The position numbers were made by a program, and so were the translations under genes. From a virus (taxonomy: Duplodnaviria > Caudoviricetes), in the IMG/VR virus record IMGVR_UViG_3300007171_000004, positions 160,001-224,000 of that record: a stretch of 64,000 nt of DNA, one strand, 5' to 3'. The notes below the pieces were generated by a model. The model saw only the letters and a list, made by a program, of their open reading frames with translations. It made no database searches and had not been told where the DNA came from. Below are positions 39,541 to 49,662 of the stretch, piece after piece; position 1 is the first letter of the stretch, and each line of letters opens with the position of its first letter.

Positions 39541-39563
39541 TCCCCCTGTTATTCACAGGGGGA
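39541..39563 (-). terminator. stem-loop / weak terminator
   Basis: TCCCCCTGT-TATTC-ACAGGGGGA, with an interrupted U-tract downstream on the minus strand. Confidence 0.5.
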
Positions 39564-39585
39564 ATTATCTCGAAGGGTTTATAAT

Positions 39586-40494
39586 TTAGTCGTATTTCTT
39601 AGTGAATAACTCGTCAATCCACTCTTGGTCGCCGTAACCAAGTTCTTCCTTCCAATATCTCTTAAGTCTGTCATAGTCAGCATTTGTAAGAGTTGCGACC
39701 TTTACGAGGCCTGTAACTGCTGCCTTCTTGACATTACCTGTGAGTTCGGATGCCATAACATTCTTGATTTCAGTAACTTCATTGCTCTCTGTGTGAACAG
39801 GAGTTCCAAGCATTGCATCGATATACTCTTGTGGGAATCCAGCTGCTTGAGCCTTCTTGATGAATGCAGTCTTTGCTGCAGAATTAGCTTCAGAAACCTT
39901 TACAAAGGTAGCTTCAGGAGCTGCAACCTTGACATTCTTCTTTGCTGCATTTTGAGCTTCTACAATCTTTTCAATCTTGTTAGCTAAACGAACTCTGCGC
40001 TCATGTCTAGCTGCAAGGATTGCATTTACCAATGGTTGATCACCAGCTGCAATAGCTGACTCAACTGCTTCAGCAGAAAGCTGACTTGGGTGATTGAAAT
40101 GAATTTGTCTATTTGCCTTCACGTCTTTACCTCTAACAACCTTTTCATGTTCTGTTTCATTCATAGCTTCTGTATCATCATCAGCTTCGCCGTCTTCGTC
40201 TTCAGTTTCTTCAACTTCTTCTTCGACTACAGCGCCATCTTCGTCTTCATCATCATCGTCGTCTTCTTCATCATCAGAATCTTCAGCAAGAGCTTTGAGA
40301 GCTGCTAAAACAGCATCTTCATCGCCTTCTGCAGTCACATGATTCTTGAAATGCTCAACGAGTTCTTTTGGCATCTTTGGGCTTTTCTTCTTGGCTTCAA
40401 CAATGTTTAAGCCTTCCCAGTTGATACCTTGATACACGAGTTCAGAGTCAAGTTCACCCTCTTGAACACGGTTTGGAAAAATTCTATCTGCCAT
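39586..40494 (-). CDS. abundant acidic probable head protein
   Basis: D/E tract; KVAA, KTAF, KKAA and KVAT motifs; MCP-like codon bias; AAGGA RBS. Confidence 0.65.
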   Translation of the reverse strand: MADRIFPNRVQEGELDSELVYQGINWEGLNIVEAKKKSPKMPKELVEHFKNHVTAEGDEDAVLAALKALAEDSDDEEDDDDDEDEDGAVVEEEVEETEDEDGEADDDTEAMNETEHEKVVRGKDVKANRQIHFNHPSQLSAEAVESAIAAGDQPLVNAILAARHERRVRLANKIEKIVEAQNAAKKNVKVAAPEATFVKVSEANSAAKTAFIKKAQAAGFPQEYIDAMLGTPVHTESNEVTEIKNVMASELTGNVKKAAVTGLVKVATLTNADYDRLKRYWKEELGYGDQEWIDELFTKKYD

Positions 40495-40530
40495 ATTTTT
40501 TAGTTCCTTCGAGAAGAGTACAGAAAAAAA

Positions 40531-40558
40531 GTTCTTTATTAAAGCTTAATTTTCCTGC
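40531..40558 (-). promoter_or_regulatory. sigmaH-type promoter
   Basis: GCAGGAAAA; AGGA-N18-GAAC upstream of 40494. Confidence 0.65.
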
Positions 40559-40587
40559 TAAATTAATATATTTAATTATAGTTTTTA

Positions 40588-40962
40588 TTACTTAGTTTCC
40601 TTGAAAACTTGTAATTCTCTATCCTTATACCAAATTCTGTCACCAATTTTAATGTCATTATCCTTAAAAGCATCTTTTCTAGCTTCTACTACATAACGAA
40701 CTTTGCTTGATTTTGGAGACTTCATTGTGCTGTCATTTTTCTTTAAATCAACAAAATCTACAATTCTTGAATTTTCATCTAAGAAAGCTAATGAAAGATC
40801 AAAGCTTACATTCTGATTCCAAAAACTATATTTATCTGGTGTGTTAAAAATAAAAATAACAGCTTCATCATCTTCAAGAGGTTCAGCAAACATCAGACCT
40901 TTTGTTCTTTTTTGGTCTGTGTCTGCAACGAATCTTACTTTAAAGACGAAATCGGGGGTCAT
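40588..40962 (-). CDS. DUF192 family protein
   Basis: VADTDQKRTKGLMF...VIFIF...SFWNQNVSFDLSLAFLD...YVVE. Confidence 0.8.
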   Translation of the reverse strand: MTPDFVFKVRFVADTDQKRTKGLMFAEPLEDDEAVIFIFNTPDKYSFWNQNVSFDLSLAFLDENSRIVDFVDLKKNDSTMKSPKSSKVRYVVEARKDAFKDNDIKIGDRIWYKDRELQVFKETK

Positions 40963-41462
40963 ATCTTTTTAAATTTAGACGAAGAAGCAGTTTTAACAGA
41001 AGCGGTCTTAACTGATTTTGCTTCTGTGTAATCAAACTTAGTCTTCTTTCTTGCCTTTCTAAATTCATTAACTGGATTATTTAAATAATGATCTCTTAAT
41101 GCAATTCTAGCCTTATCAGTAAGAGTTACGCTTCTTCCGTAACCTTGTAATAATCCAGCAGTTTTTAAATATAAGAGTTCATTATCAGAAATATCTCCAG
41201 GAACGCTACAAAACTTATCACCATTTCTAGTGTTTAAAGCTAATCCTGCAGCAGTTGTAATAGTATCTACATTCTTGTCAATCATCTCAAGAAGTTGAAT
41301 ATCTCTTTCAGAAACTCTTGCGGATGTCTTCTTATTATCATGCTCAGTTACACCTAATAATTGCAACTGAAGACCTGACATACCTGAATCGCTAAGACCT
41401 TTAAAATCAAAAAGTTCTTCATGTAAATCTAACTTATGTACTGGCTTAACTGGTAATGGCAT
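40959..41462 (-). CDS. probable head protein (possible winged-helix core)
   Basis: KTSA and KTASVKTAS motifs; LYLKTAGLLQGYGRSVTLTDKARIAL. Confidence 0.55.
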   Translation of the reverse strand: MPLPVKPVHKLDLHEELFDFKGLSDSGMSGLQLQLLGVTEHDNKKTSARVSERDIQLLEMIDKNVDTITTAAGLALNTRNGDKFCSVPGDISDNELLYLKTAGLLQGYGRSVTLTDKARIALRDHYLNNPVNEFRKARKKTKFDYTEAKSVKTASVKTASSSKFKKI

Positions 41463-41471
41463 ATAATTCTC

Positions 41472-41915
41472 CTATCTTAATGGACCGTATTTAATTCCTG
41501 GGTTATTTGCTTTTTCTTTTTCTATATTCTCGTCTAAAAAATCATCTAATTCTCTTAAACCTGGATTAGACATTGTAAATCCATCTTCGTAAATTAAAGC
41601 TGGACCGGGTACATCAGCTTCTCCATGTAACTGCTCTTCAATACCCTTAATTCCTTCATCTCCATCAGGCAAATCGTTGTATGTAGGAATTTTGTCTCTA
41701 TAATGTTTGTTTCTTAAAAAATCTGCATGACTGAAATCGTATGCAACATCTTTCCATTTTGTCATATGCCCAGAAAGATCATATGTAGTGTCGCTAATTG
41801 ATGGAATAATTTGAGCGATTTTAATATTAATAAGATCTGCAGAGTTAAATAGGCCGAGCTTGTCATAATAGTCGGCTTTTTTAATTAGTTTTAAAATCTT
41901 TTCAGTTGCTTTCAT
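41472..41915 (-). CDS. probable internal head protein
   Basis: KKADYYDKLGLFNSADLINIKIAQ. Confidence 0.55.
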   Translation of the reverse strand: MKATEKILKLIKKADYYDKLGLFNSADLINIKIAQIIPSISDTTYDLSGHMTKWKDVAYDFSHADFLRNKHYRDKIPTYNDLPDGDEGIKGIEEQLHGEADVPGPALIYEDGFTMSNPGLRELDDFLDENIEKEKANNPGIKYGPLR

Positions 41916-41939
41916 ATCTTAATCTATTGGCTACAAACT

Positions 41940-43034
41940 TTAAATTATTCCTTTGATATGATTTTCAAATGTTTTCAAAGAGCTTATGATTGTTTGATCC
42001 ATATTCATATAAGCATAATTAGCAAGTCTTCCACCAAAAATATATTTATCTTTATCAATCATCTTTAAATATTTTCTAAAGATTTCATTATTTTCAGAAG
42101 AATTAATTGGATAATATGGATCATTTAATTTGTTATATTCTTCAGGGAATTCATATGTAATAATAGATTCTTTAATTGGTCTATAATTGAAATATTTATG
42201 TTCTATGATTCTAGTCCAAGGTATGCTTTTGCTTGGAAAATTAACTTGTGCAATTCCCTGATAATCTTCGTGAACTAAATGATGGGAAAATTTAAGAGAT
42301 CTATATTCCAAATCTCCATGAATGTAACCAAAAAATCTATCAATAGGACCTGTATAGACAACATATTTTGCCATCTTATCAAAATCATCTCTAGAGGCAA
42401 AGTAATCTGTATTTAACTCTAGTGGAATATCACCTAAGATTTTTTTAAATAAATCTTCATATCCATCTTTAGGAACACCAGAATAAAGCTTTTCATGGTA
42501 ATCATCGTTGAAATTAAATCTTATCGGCAATCTATTGAATACAGAAGAATCTATTGTCTTAGCATCTCTTCCCCATTGCTTTTCTGTATAGCCTTTAATT
42601 AATAACTCGTAAATATGCTGTCCAACAGAATCTATAGCAAGTTCTTCAAAATTTATGGGGTTTTTAAATTTATAGAAAGATTGGAATAAATCTTTAACTT
42701 CGGAAATAGATGAAAGTTCTGGATAGATTTGATATATTGTTTGAAGATTTATAGGAAATGAATAATATTGTCCATTTGTAAACGATTTAACTTTGTGCCT
42801 GTAATGATTGAATTCTGAAAAGTTATTTACATATTCCCAGATTTTTTCGTTATTAGTGTTGAAAATATGAGGCCCGTATTCATGAACATTGATACCATTA
42901 TAATTTTTACTGTAACAATTTCCACCAATATGATTTCTTTTATCAATTACTAAGACTTTTTTGCCCAGATTATGAGCTTCTCTTGCAAATACTGACCCAA
43001 AAAATCCAGAACCAACAACTAAATAATCATACAT
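41940..43034 (-). CDS. glf: UDP-galactopyranose mutase
   Basis: DYLVVGSGFFG (FAD), HIGGN, HEYGPHIFNT, RIIEHKYF, YYPIN, GGRLANYAYMNMDQ. Confidence 0.92.
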   Translation of the reverse strand: MYDYLVVGSGFFGSVFAREAHNLGKKVLVIDKRNHIGGNCYSKNYNGINVHEYGPHIFNTNNEKIWEYVNNFSEFNHYRHKVKSFTNGQYYSFPINLQTIYQIYPELSSISEVKDLFQSFYKFKNPINFEELAIDSVGQHIYELLIKGYTEKQWGRDAKTIDSSVFNRLPIRFNFNDDYHEKLYSGVPKDGYEDLFKKILGDIPLELNTDYFASRDDFDKMAKYVVYTGPIDRFFGYIHGDLEYRSLKFSHHLVHEDYQGIAQVNFPSKSIPWTRIIEHKYFNYRPIKESIITYEFPEEYNKLNDPYYPINSSENNEIFRKYLKMIDKDKYIFGGRLANYAYMNMDQTIISSLKTFENHIKGII

Positions 43035-43050
43035 AATAATCTTTTACAAT

Positions 43051-44025
43051 TTACCAACCAGGAGTGAATAATGGATCTGTAACTAAATTATGAACTGGAG
43101 TGATTTTTTCATCATCGTCATCATTATCTTTTAAAAAACTATCCCAAGACGAAAATGGTTCCTTGTGTAAATTACTCTCATAAGATTCTTCAAGATTTAA
43201 TTCTTTTTTTTGAAGTTGAGATTTATCTTTTTCAATATGATTTTTATAAGGAGCATCACCACCAGGAACATCAAAAGGCAAAGCTGGTGTGTTCCAAAAT
43301 TCACTATAACCACTTCTATTTTGCTTAGGTAAAACTTCCAAATACTCATCTAAAGTTAAATCTGCAGGGCCTAATAGCGGAACAGGATTAGGAAAGTGAG
43401 TTTTTCTATATGTTTCAAATTCGGATTGTTCTTCAGAATCGTCAACAGTTACTCTATCTCTTCTTTTAATTGGATAGGCAGCGACAATCTTATCTAAATC
43501 TCTAATAGCCCAATGAATTCTCTCAGGCTTAATTAAATCTGGAATATTATCAATTAAGTTAGATTTAAATCCATCTTCGTATTTTCTCTTAGAACTCAAT
43601 AACTCTTCAATTCCAACAACATGCTCATTTTTTGGTTTGTAATGCTCTTTGATAAATTTGACAGAGTTATTTCTTAATCTATTTCCAGCATCTTGAAGAA
43701 ATTTTTCGTGCTTTTCAATTTCTTCTTTAACCTTTTTCTTATATCTTTCTCTAGGAGTTAATTCAAAAGGGATAGTGTCATCTTCGGAGAATCTATGGAA
43801 AATTTCAAGGCGAACTTCAATGTTTCTCTCTTCAGAAGGGTCAACAGGATTATGGGTTCTTGCTAAAAAATGCTCAAATGAAATATCCTCAATAAAAGCA
43901 TTAATATCCCAACCTCCAGGATTATAACCACCTTTGCCTATAGGACTTCCACCTGGCGAATAAGGAGACGCTGTTCCACCACCACCAATACCGCCAAACT
44001 GAGCAATTTTAATAGATTTTTCCAT
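43051..44025 (-). CDS. probable internal head protein
   Basis: Begins MEKSIKIAQFGG, then a G/P-rich segment. Confidence 0.55.
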   Translation of the reverse strand: MEKSIKIAQFGGIGGGGTASPYSPGGSPIGKGGYNPGGWDINAFIEDISFEHFLARTHNPVDPSEERNIEVRLEIFHRFSEDDTIPFELTPRERYKKKVKEEIEKHEKFLQDAGNRLRNNSVKFIKEHYKPKNEHVVGIEELLSSKRKYEDGFKSNLIDNIPDLIKPERIHWAIRDLDKIVAAYPIKRRDRVTVDDSEEQSEFETYRKTHFPNPVPLLGPADLTLDEYLEVLPKQNRSGYSEFWNTPALPFDVPGGDAPYKNHIEKDKSQLQKKELNLEESYESNLHKEPFSSWDSFLKDNDDDDEKITPVHNLVTDPLFTPGW

Positions 44026-44028
44026 ATA

Positions 44029-45642
44029 TTAAGTCCTTGAAGTTGGATAAGAACCAGAGTCTAATGTAAATGTTTTGATAACAGTTGTATTATCACTTGC
44101 ATATAAAGATAATGTTGTTCCTGATATAACCCACTTGCCAAAACCATAAGCTCTAGCAGCATTCAACGCATCACCTACAGTATGGGCAGTGTTAGATGTA
44201 GGAACAGATTGGGACATGTCAATTTGTGTGTAAGCTAAATTAACAGTAAGAACAGCTCCATTAGTACCCGCTGCTCCTCTTACGTTAATTGTTACATCAG
44301 AAGAGCCTGAAGCAAAAGCAGCATTCGGCACGTCTAATCTATAAATTCCAGGCATTGTTGTTGAATTAATTTCTGCAAAACCACCTGAAGTCCAAGCTCC
44401 TGTTGCTGTCTGACTTACTAACGAAATCTGAACTGGAGTACTTCTATTTCTTACATAGTAGGCTTGCAGTCCTGATGTATTGAATGTTAGACCTTTCACA
44501 CCTAGGTACAGTTCGATGGATTGTGAGGTGCTACCGGGGGAGATTGTGATAGAAGATGAATTACGCTCCGTTGGAAGATAGGAGCCTATACCAGATAAAT
44601 TTCTATAAGTAGAAAAACCAATATCTGGATTTGCGCTTGTCCATGTGACACCATAAATGTCAGATCCAGGGGCATTAGTCATAGTACCTGTATTTATATT
44701 TGGACTAACTTGTTCTGGAGAAAAGATCATAATTGGATTAAATCCTAAAACTGTTTCATATCCATGAGAAATTCCATAAACGCCTACAGATTTTGAATTA
44801 GCTCCAATGGTTACATTAGAATATGCAGTTTGACATCCTATTACACGATTATAATCATCATCAATGTATGCTGTACCAGTACCAGAAATCCCAACACCAT
44901 TAACGTTTGCCACAAGAGTATTACGTATTTTTAACGGAAAAGATGCATCACCAATTGTTGCAGCTAAAGGACAGCGATAAAAAGTACAATTTATAACTAG
45001 GCCTTGAATATTACGGATTAGAGAAACGGTATTTCCAATGACCAAGCAGTCAGACATTTCAAATGTATCTGTAACATTTACTCCGTTAATCCAAGGAGTA
45101 TACGTATGACCAACAAAAACACATTTGCGTATCTTCAAATTACTGGCAGTAGCTGCGGTCGTAGTCCAATAAAAACTGGAACCGTTGACACCTGCGTAAT
45201 TTACATTTTGTTGGAAAATACATCTGGTCCAGGTAAAATTATTGCAAGTTAAACAATTGATAATATTATTATTGCCTCCACCGCCTCCCTGAAAATATAA
45301 TGAATCAAAACTCAAAAATGCTTTTGATGTTGCGTTTAATAAATTATTTGTATTTGCTGGAGAAGAATCCTCATTTGAATAATTTGAAATTTTTACAAAT
45401 CCTGGAGATATGCCAGTAAATTGATTACATAAAATGTCACCAATTATTGAAGTAGTACTAGAATATGTACCACCAATTGTAATATTTTCAGTATAAACGC
45501 CGGGAGCTATATATAAAGTGTCTCCTGAATTTATTCCAGTAGCACCTAAGGCTTTTTGTATTGTTCGCCAAGCTAAAGAAACACTTTGCCCTAAACCAGT
45601 GTTGCCATCATTTCCATCAGGTCGCACATAATAAGTTGCCAT
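44029..45642 (-). CDS. right-handed beta-helix (pectin-lyase-like) fibre/spike protein
   Basis: TYYVRPDGNDGNTG...WRTIQKAL...GDTLYIAPGVY beta-helix cap; N/G/T-rich repeats; distinct C-terminal module. Confidence 0.65.
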   Translation of the reverse strand: MATYYVRPDGNDGNTGLGQSVSLAWRTIQKALGATGINSGDTLYIAPGVYTENITIGGTYSSTTSIIGDILCNQFTGISPGFVKISNYSNEDSSPANTNNLLNATSKAFLSFDSLYFQGGGGGNNNIINCLTCNNFTWTRCIFQQNVNYAGVNGSSFYWTTTAATASNLKIRKCVFVGHTYTPWINGVNVTDTFEMSDCLVIGNTVSLIRNIQGLVINCTFYRCPLAATIGDASFPLKIRNTLVANVNGVGISGTGTAYIDDDYNRVIGCQTAYSNVTIGANSKSVGVYGISHGYETVLGFNPIMIFSPEQVSPNINTGTMTNAPGSDIYGVTWTSANPDIGFSTYRNLSGIGSYLPTERNSSSITISPGSTSQSIELYLGVKGLTFNTSGLQAYYVRNRSTPVQISLVSQTATGAWTSGGFAEINSTTMPGIYRLDVPNAAFASGSSDVTINVRGAAGTNGAVLTVNLAYTQIDMSQSVPTSNTAHTVGDALNAARAYGFGKWVISGTTLSLYASDNTTVIKTFTLDSGSYPTSRT

Positions 45643-45676
45643 TATTTAATTATCCACAAAATAATTTTCATATCTA

Positions 45677-48600
45677 TCAAATTCTTCTACCTAATGAAAT
45701 TGTCCTAGAACCTGGTAGTCTTTGCATGATTTTACTTGTTAAACATTCATAAGATACAGCAGCTATGGCATCACAAATATCATCTTTATATCCTTGCAAC
45801 GCTGAAATATAATATCTAGAACCTTTCCATTTTTTTTGTAGGAATTGAAATTGTATTTTTGCTTCCTGAATTTCATTAAGATCAAATTCTCTTCCAGTGG
45901 CATCTTTAAACTTACCTCCTGAAAGATCATAAATATCAATCCTATCCTCTCTCAATAATTGGGTAAGTTCTGTGTAAATCTTTTCCTTATATTCCTTATT
46001 AAATTGACGTTCTAATGCATTAATACCAGCACTTTGTAATTTAATAAGAGATGATTGAGAATGCCATTGATCAAAAGTCACTTGTTTAAACTTGAACCTT
46101 TTGTGTAATTCAATTATATATTCTTCAACTTCTCTCTCAGACACAGGTTGGTTTTTAATCATAGGATTCCAAAAATGAATATGATCAATTACAACTCTTC
46201 TTAGAGGTCTATTATCAGGTCCAATTGAGCCATAAATAGGTTCAGAGTGCGCTACAGCAAGAGCATAATAATCAGATGTTCGAGCTGGATCTAAATGACA
46301 ATAATAATCAACTAAAGGCTGACCCTGCTCTCTTCGTCCCACCATTGAAGAAGAATTGAAAAATCTATCAATAGCATCAGGGGTGAACATTGGATCTGAT
46401 GAAGAAGCTCCGAATTCCGCCCCATATTGCATTTGATGTTCTACAGGGTTTTTCTTTTTCTGATCATCTAGCCAAGCTTTATCAATATTAGGATTTGTTA
46501 ACCAAGTAGGTAATCTCATCACTAGAGTTGTTGGATCATCTTGCCTGTTCTCATGTAAATCATATAACAATCCAATAGGGCCTTTAGGGTTAGAAAGCAT
46601 CATCATCTTTCCATCCTTACCAAAAGTAGCTAGAGAAGGTTTCAAGTCATCATAAAGAGAGTAGTCAACACCAGAATCAGGATTGTCTCCGGCCATAGCA
46701 GCTACCTCGTCCATAATAATACACCAACAAGTAAGACCAACAAGACCTGAAGCATTACTAGAACCACAACGCAAAACAAGAGATCCAGGAAATAAATTAA
46801 TACCAGCTACTTCTCTTCTTTCATTTTCTTTTCGGTCATGGTCTGTATAGAATCTCATTTCAAGTTCAGTATCTTTTCCAATAAAGGGTTGAAAATATGG
46901 AGATGCTAAAACAGTCTGCTTAATTTTAGAGAAGATAGCTTTTTTAGCCTGTTCTTCGTTCCTAGCAACATTAAGTAGAACAATCTCGTCAAATTCCATC
47001 AAACCATATCTAGATTGAGGATGATCCATAGAAATTAAACGATATAATTCATAAAGAGCCATGGCAGAAACAAGGAACGAATTATGAGTTGGAATCATAC
47101 TCTTTCCAATTAAATACATATGGGATGGATGTTCTACCTGAATACATTGCATGCCCGGATTAGGAACAGGATTGCATTCTTTAATAAAAACTCTATATTT
47201 ATCAGATTTATCGATTGTTGGTTTATTATCTAATATTGCTTGCTTTCTTGGTAAATTAAATACTTTATCACCAGGGCGAACAGAGTAAGTAATTCTCCAA
47301 CGATCTGAGGTTTTTCTTCCATAAAGTGTTGCATCAGATTTCTTAATACTTGCCTTAAAACCTAACCCACAAACAAGTTCATAATAATCATAAGCTAGAG
47401 TTTCATTAGTGTTGCAAAATTCTACAGTATATTTTTTAGGATCTACATAACCATCAGTATCATTCAAACCTCTTAAAAGCTCTAATCTTTGTTCAATAGA
47501 TGCTTGCTTGTAGATTAATGGAATATGCTTGTTTTTAAATACGCCAATTTCTTTAATCAAATGTAAGAATATTTTATGTGTTTCTGTGTTAGGATGAATA
47601 TAATGTGATTTTTCAATTGTAGAACAGTGTTTAATTGTATGATTGCAATTAGCTTCAATATAATCAAAAATTTCCATATCAATTCCAGTTAATTGATAAG
47701 AAGATTTACAGCCATCTCCTAGCCATGCTCCAAGAAGATAGGGATGAATTAAAAGATCTTGCTCTGAAAATTGAAGGGGTTTTGTAATCTCTATAGCATG
47801 ATTGTACTCTACAGTAAATTTCTCTCTTCTTTCAGTTTGTGAGCCTTTTTTGAGCATCTGTCTAGGCTTACCATATGTTAAAGATTCATAGATTTGTTGA
47901 GTTGTAAATACTTGAGGAACAGGGTCTTTAGAATATTTACCTCTAGATGCGTTTTTTCTTTGAGCTTTCGTGAGAGTCACCCATTCATGATTTTCACCAG
48001 CGACAATTCTATCTCCATTGCTAAATACTAATTCATACGCTTGCTCATCATAATCTATATCAGATTTTGCAATGACTTTAGTAGCTGTTCCATCTGGTGC
48101 AAAAACATAATCTCCTACCTTGACTTCACCCATTGTTGACCACCCAGATGTCGTATATAATGGGGTGTCTAACAGTAACAATTTTCCCGAACGGCGACCA
48201 AGCACTAAAACTAGTTCTTGAAATTTGTATCTTTTAGTACATTTGTTAAGAACCTGCAATCTGAGTTTAGGATCGAACTCTTCAGAATATAGCAGATCTT
48301 TTTCGCTTTGGAAGTTATCTGTAATAGGTCTTGCTTCGAGTTCAAGTACCTGTCTTTCTGAGTCTGGGTTTGTGGCTTCTTCTTTTGCAGCTTTATATCT
48401 TGTTTCTCTAGCGGATTCTGAAAAATTTGAACATGTTAAGCAGGGTGAATTTACTACAGAGAAAATCGTTTTAAGATTCCTGCCTTCGTTATAAAAAGTT
48501 TCAAATTTAAGCTCATTGTCTTTAATATATTCCCAGACACAACCTTTACAGCCATTTCTATCCTCTGGTAAAATATCATCAATTTGCAGAGTAGTGTTGC

Positions 48601-48892
48601 CTTCTTGTCCCATATAGAAGCATTTGAGAATTAATCTTTGCCATGGGTAGGGTTTTAAGTTACAGTAATAAGGATGTTCAATAAATGTTACAATATCTAC
48701 AATTTGATCGGGGTTAAATCGGTCTTTGGGTGGAATCGCTGGTGGTAGTGATTCTGATCTAGTTGCTGGCAATACTTCATCTAAAAAATCGTATCCTTGA
48801 TCTTTAAGAAAGTTTGTAGCGTTAGCAGCATTTTGCAAGAGTTGAGTTTTGAAATCTTGCTGGTTATTTTTATCCTTAACTGTTTTTCGCAT
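45677..48892 (-). CDS. terL: terminase large subunit (intein-containing)
   Basis: Walker A LVLGRRSGK|S after splicing; Walker B CIIMDEVA; coupling MLSNP; nuclease YCHLDP, VTFDQW, DDICDA. Confidence 0.92.
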   Translation of the reverse strand: MRKTVKDKNNQQDFKTQLLQNAANATNFLKDQGYDFLDEVLPATRSESLPPAIPPKDRFNPDQIVDIVTFIEHPYYCNLKPYPWQRLILKCFYMGQEGNTTLQIDDILPEDRNGCKGCVWEYIKDNELKFETFYNEGRNLKTIFSVVNSPCLTCSNFSESARETRYKAAKEEATNPDSERQVLELEARPITDNFQSEKDLLYSEEFDPKLRLQVLNKCTKRYKFQELVLVLGRRSGKLLLLDTPLYTTSGWSTMGEVKVGDYVFAPDGTATKVIAKSDIDYDEQAYELVFSNGDRIVAGENHEWVTLTKAQRKNASRGKYSKDPVPQVFTTQQIYESLTYGKPRQMLKKGSQTERREKFTVEYNHAIEITKPLQFSEQDLLIHPYLLGAWLGDGCKSSYQLTGIDMEIFDYIEANCNHTIKHCSTIEKSHYIHPNTETHKIFLHLIKEIGVFKNKHIPLIYKQASIEQRLELLRGLNDTDGYVDPKKYTVEFCNTNETLAYDYYELVCGLGFKASIKKSDATLYGRKTSDRWRITYSVRPGDKVFNLPRKQAILDNKPTIDKSDKYRVFIKECNPVPNPGMQCIQVEHPSHMYLIGKSMIPTHNSFLVSAMALYELYRLISMDHPQSRYGLMEFDEIVLLNVARNEEQAKKAIFSKIKQTVLASPYFQPFIGKDTELEMRFYTDHDRKENERREVAGINLFPGSLVLRCGSSNASGLVGLTCWCIIMDEVAAMAGDNPDSGVDYSLYDDLKPSLATFGKDGKMMMLSNPKGPIGLLYDLHENRQDDPTTLVMRLPTWLTNPNIDKAWLDDQKKKNPVEHQMQYGAEFGASSSDPMFTPDAIDRFFNSSSMVGRREQGQPLVDYYCHLDPARTSDYYALAVAHSEPIYGSIGPDNRPLRRVVIDHIHFWNPMIKNQPVSEREVEEYIIELHKRFKFKQVTFDQWHSQSSLIKLQSAGINALERQFNKEYKEKIYTELTQLLREDRIDIYDLSGGKFKDATGREFDLNEIQEAKIQFQFLQKKWKGSRYYISALQGYKDDICDAIAAVSYECLTSKIMQRLPGSRTISLGRRI
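47081..48181 (-). mobile_element. class 3 intein with LAGLIDADG homing endonuclease, 367 aa
   Basis: Begins LLLLDTPLYTTSGW, block B GENHEW, block F MQCIQV, ends PTHN followed by Ser; LLGAWLGDG and LRGLNDTDG endonuclease motifs. Confidence 0.88.
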
Positions 48893-49593
48893 TAGTGTTC
48901 CTGTTGTAGTCTATCTCGGAGTGTTTTAATTTCCATACTAACAATTCTCTTATCATCTGAACATACAAGTTTTTCATGTAAGTTGATAAGAATTTCAAAA
49001 ATATTAAGGGCTAAAACTCCTGCATTATCACGTTTTTCTTTAAGGTCCATGATTCTAGCAATTAATTTCTCAACCATGGCAGATCTTTTAAGTTTCAGCT
49101 CATTATTCTTACCGCAATCGATCCCTCTTACTTCATCTAGTTCTGTCATAAGGGCTACAAGGGCTAATTGGTGTTCACGAAAGATCCAAGGAGCTATCAT
49201 TTCTTCTCTTTGTTCATATCCTTTAAGTCCAGATACAGAGACTTTTCGGAAATCGCAGTGAGAATCCATGTGAGTTTTTACTTGAGTCCAGTTTAATCTT
49301 GCAGCATAATATTTATCAAAAAACTTAATTACAGCTTGAGGTTTCTTTCCGCTTTCAAGATAAACATGTTCGGCAAGAGTTCTAAATGGGCTTGAACATA
49401 TAGCACATCGAGTTTCAGTATATTGAGGATAGTGAACATCTAAATAGGAATCTTGAGGTAATTGCTGAAGAGGTTGATCATCAAACTTAAGATCTGCGAA
49501 GAGTTTTATTTTTGGTTTTACTTCAATTAGGGAATCTGTTTCAGTAAGTTCTTCAATTATAGTAAAGTCGTTATTGTCAAATTTATCGTCCAT
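48892..49593 (-). CDS. terminase small subunit candidate with Zn-binding motif
   Basis: Directly upstream of TerL (TAATG overlap); CAIC...HMDSHC; helical C-terminus; start MDDKF downstream of the terminator. Confidence 0.5.
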   Translation of the reverse strand: MDDKFDNNDFTIIEELTETDSLIEVKPKIKLFADLKFDDQPLQQLPQDSYLDVHYPQYTETRCAICSSPFRTLAEHVYLESGKKPQAVIKFFDKYYAARLNWTQVKTHMDSHCDFRKVSVSGLKGYEQREEMIAPWIFREHQLALVALMTELDEVRGIDCGKNNELKLKRSAMVEKLIARIMDLKEKRDNAGVLALNIFEILINLHEKLVCSDDKRIVSMEIKTLRDRLQQEH

Positions 49594-49606
49594 ATTTAGA
49601 TTGTAC

Positions 49607-49636
49607 AAAAAAAAGAACCTCGGTTAAGAGGTTCTT
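49607..49636 (-). terminator. intrinsic terminator
   Basis: AAGAACCTC-GGTTAA-GAGGTTCTT plus a T-run on the minus strand. Confidence 0.75.
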
Positions 49637-49662
49637 ATACTTTATGATATATTTAAATTATA

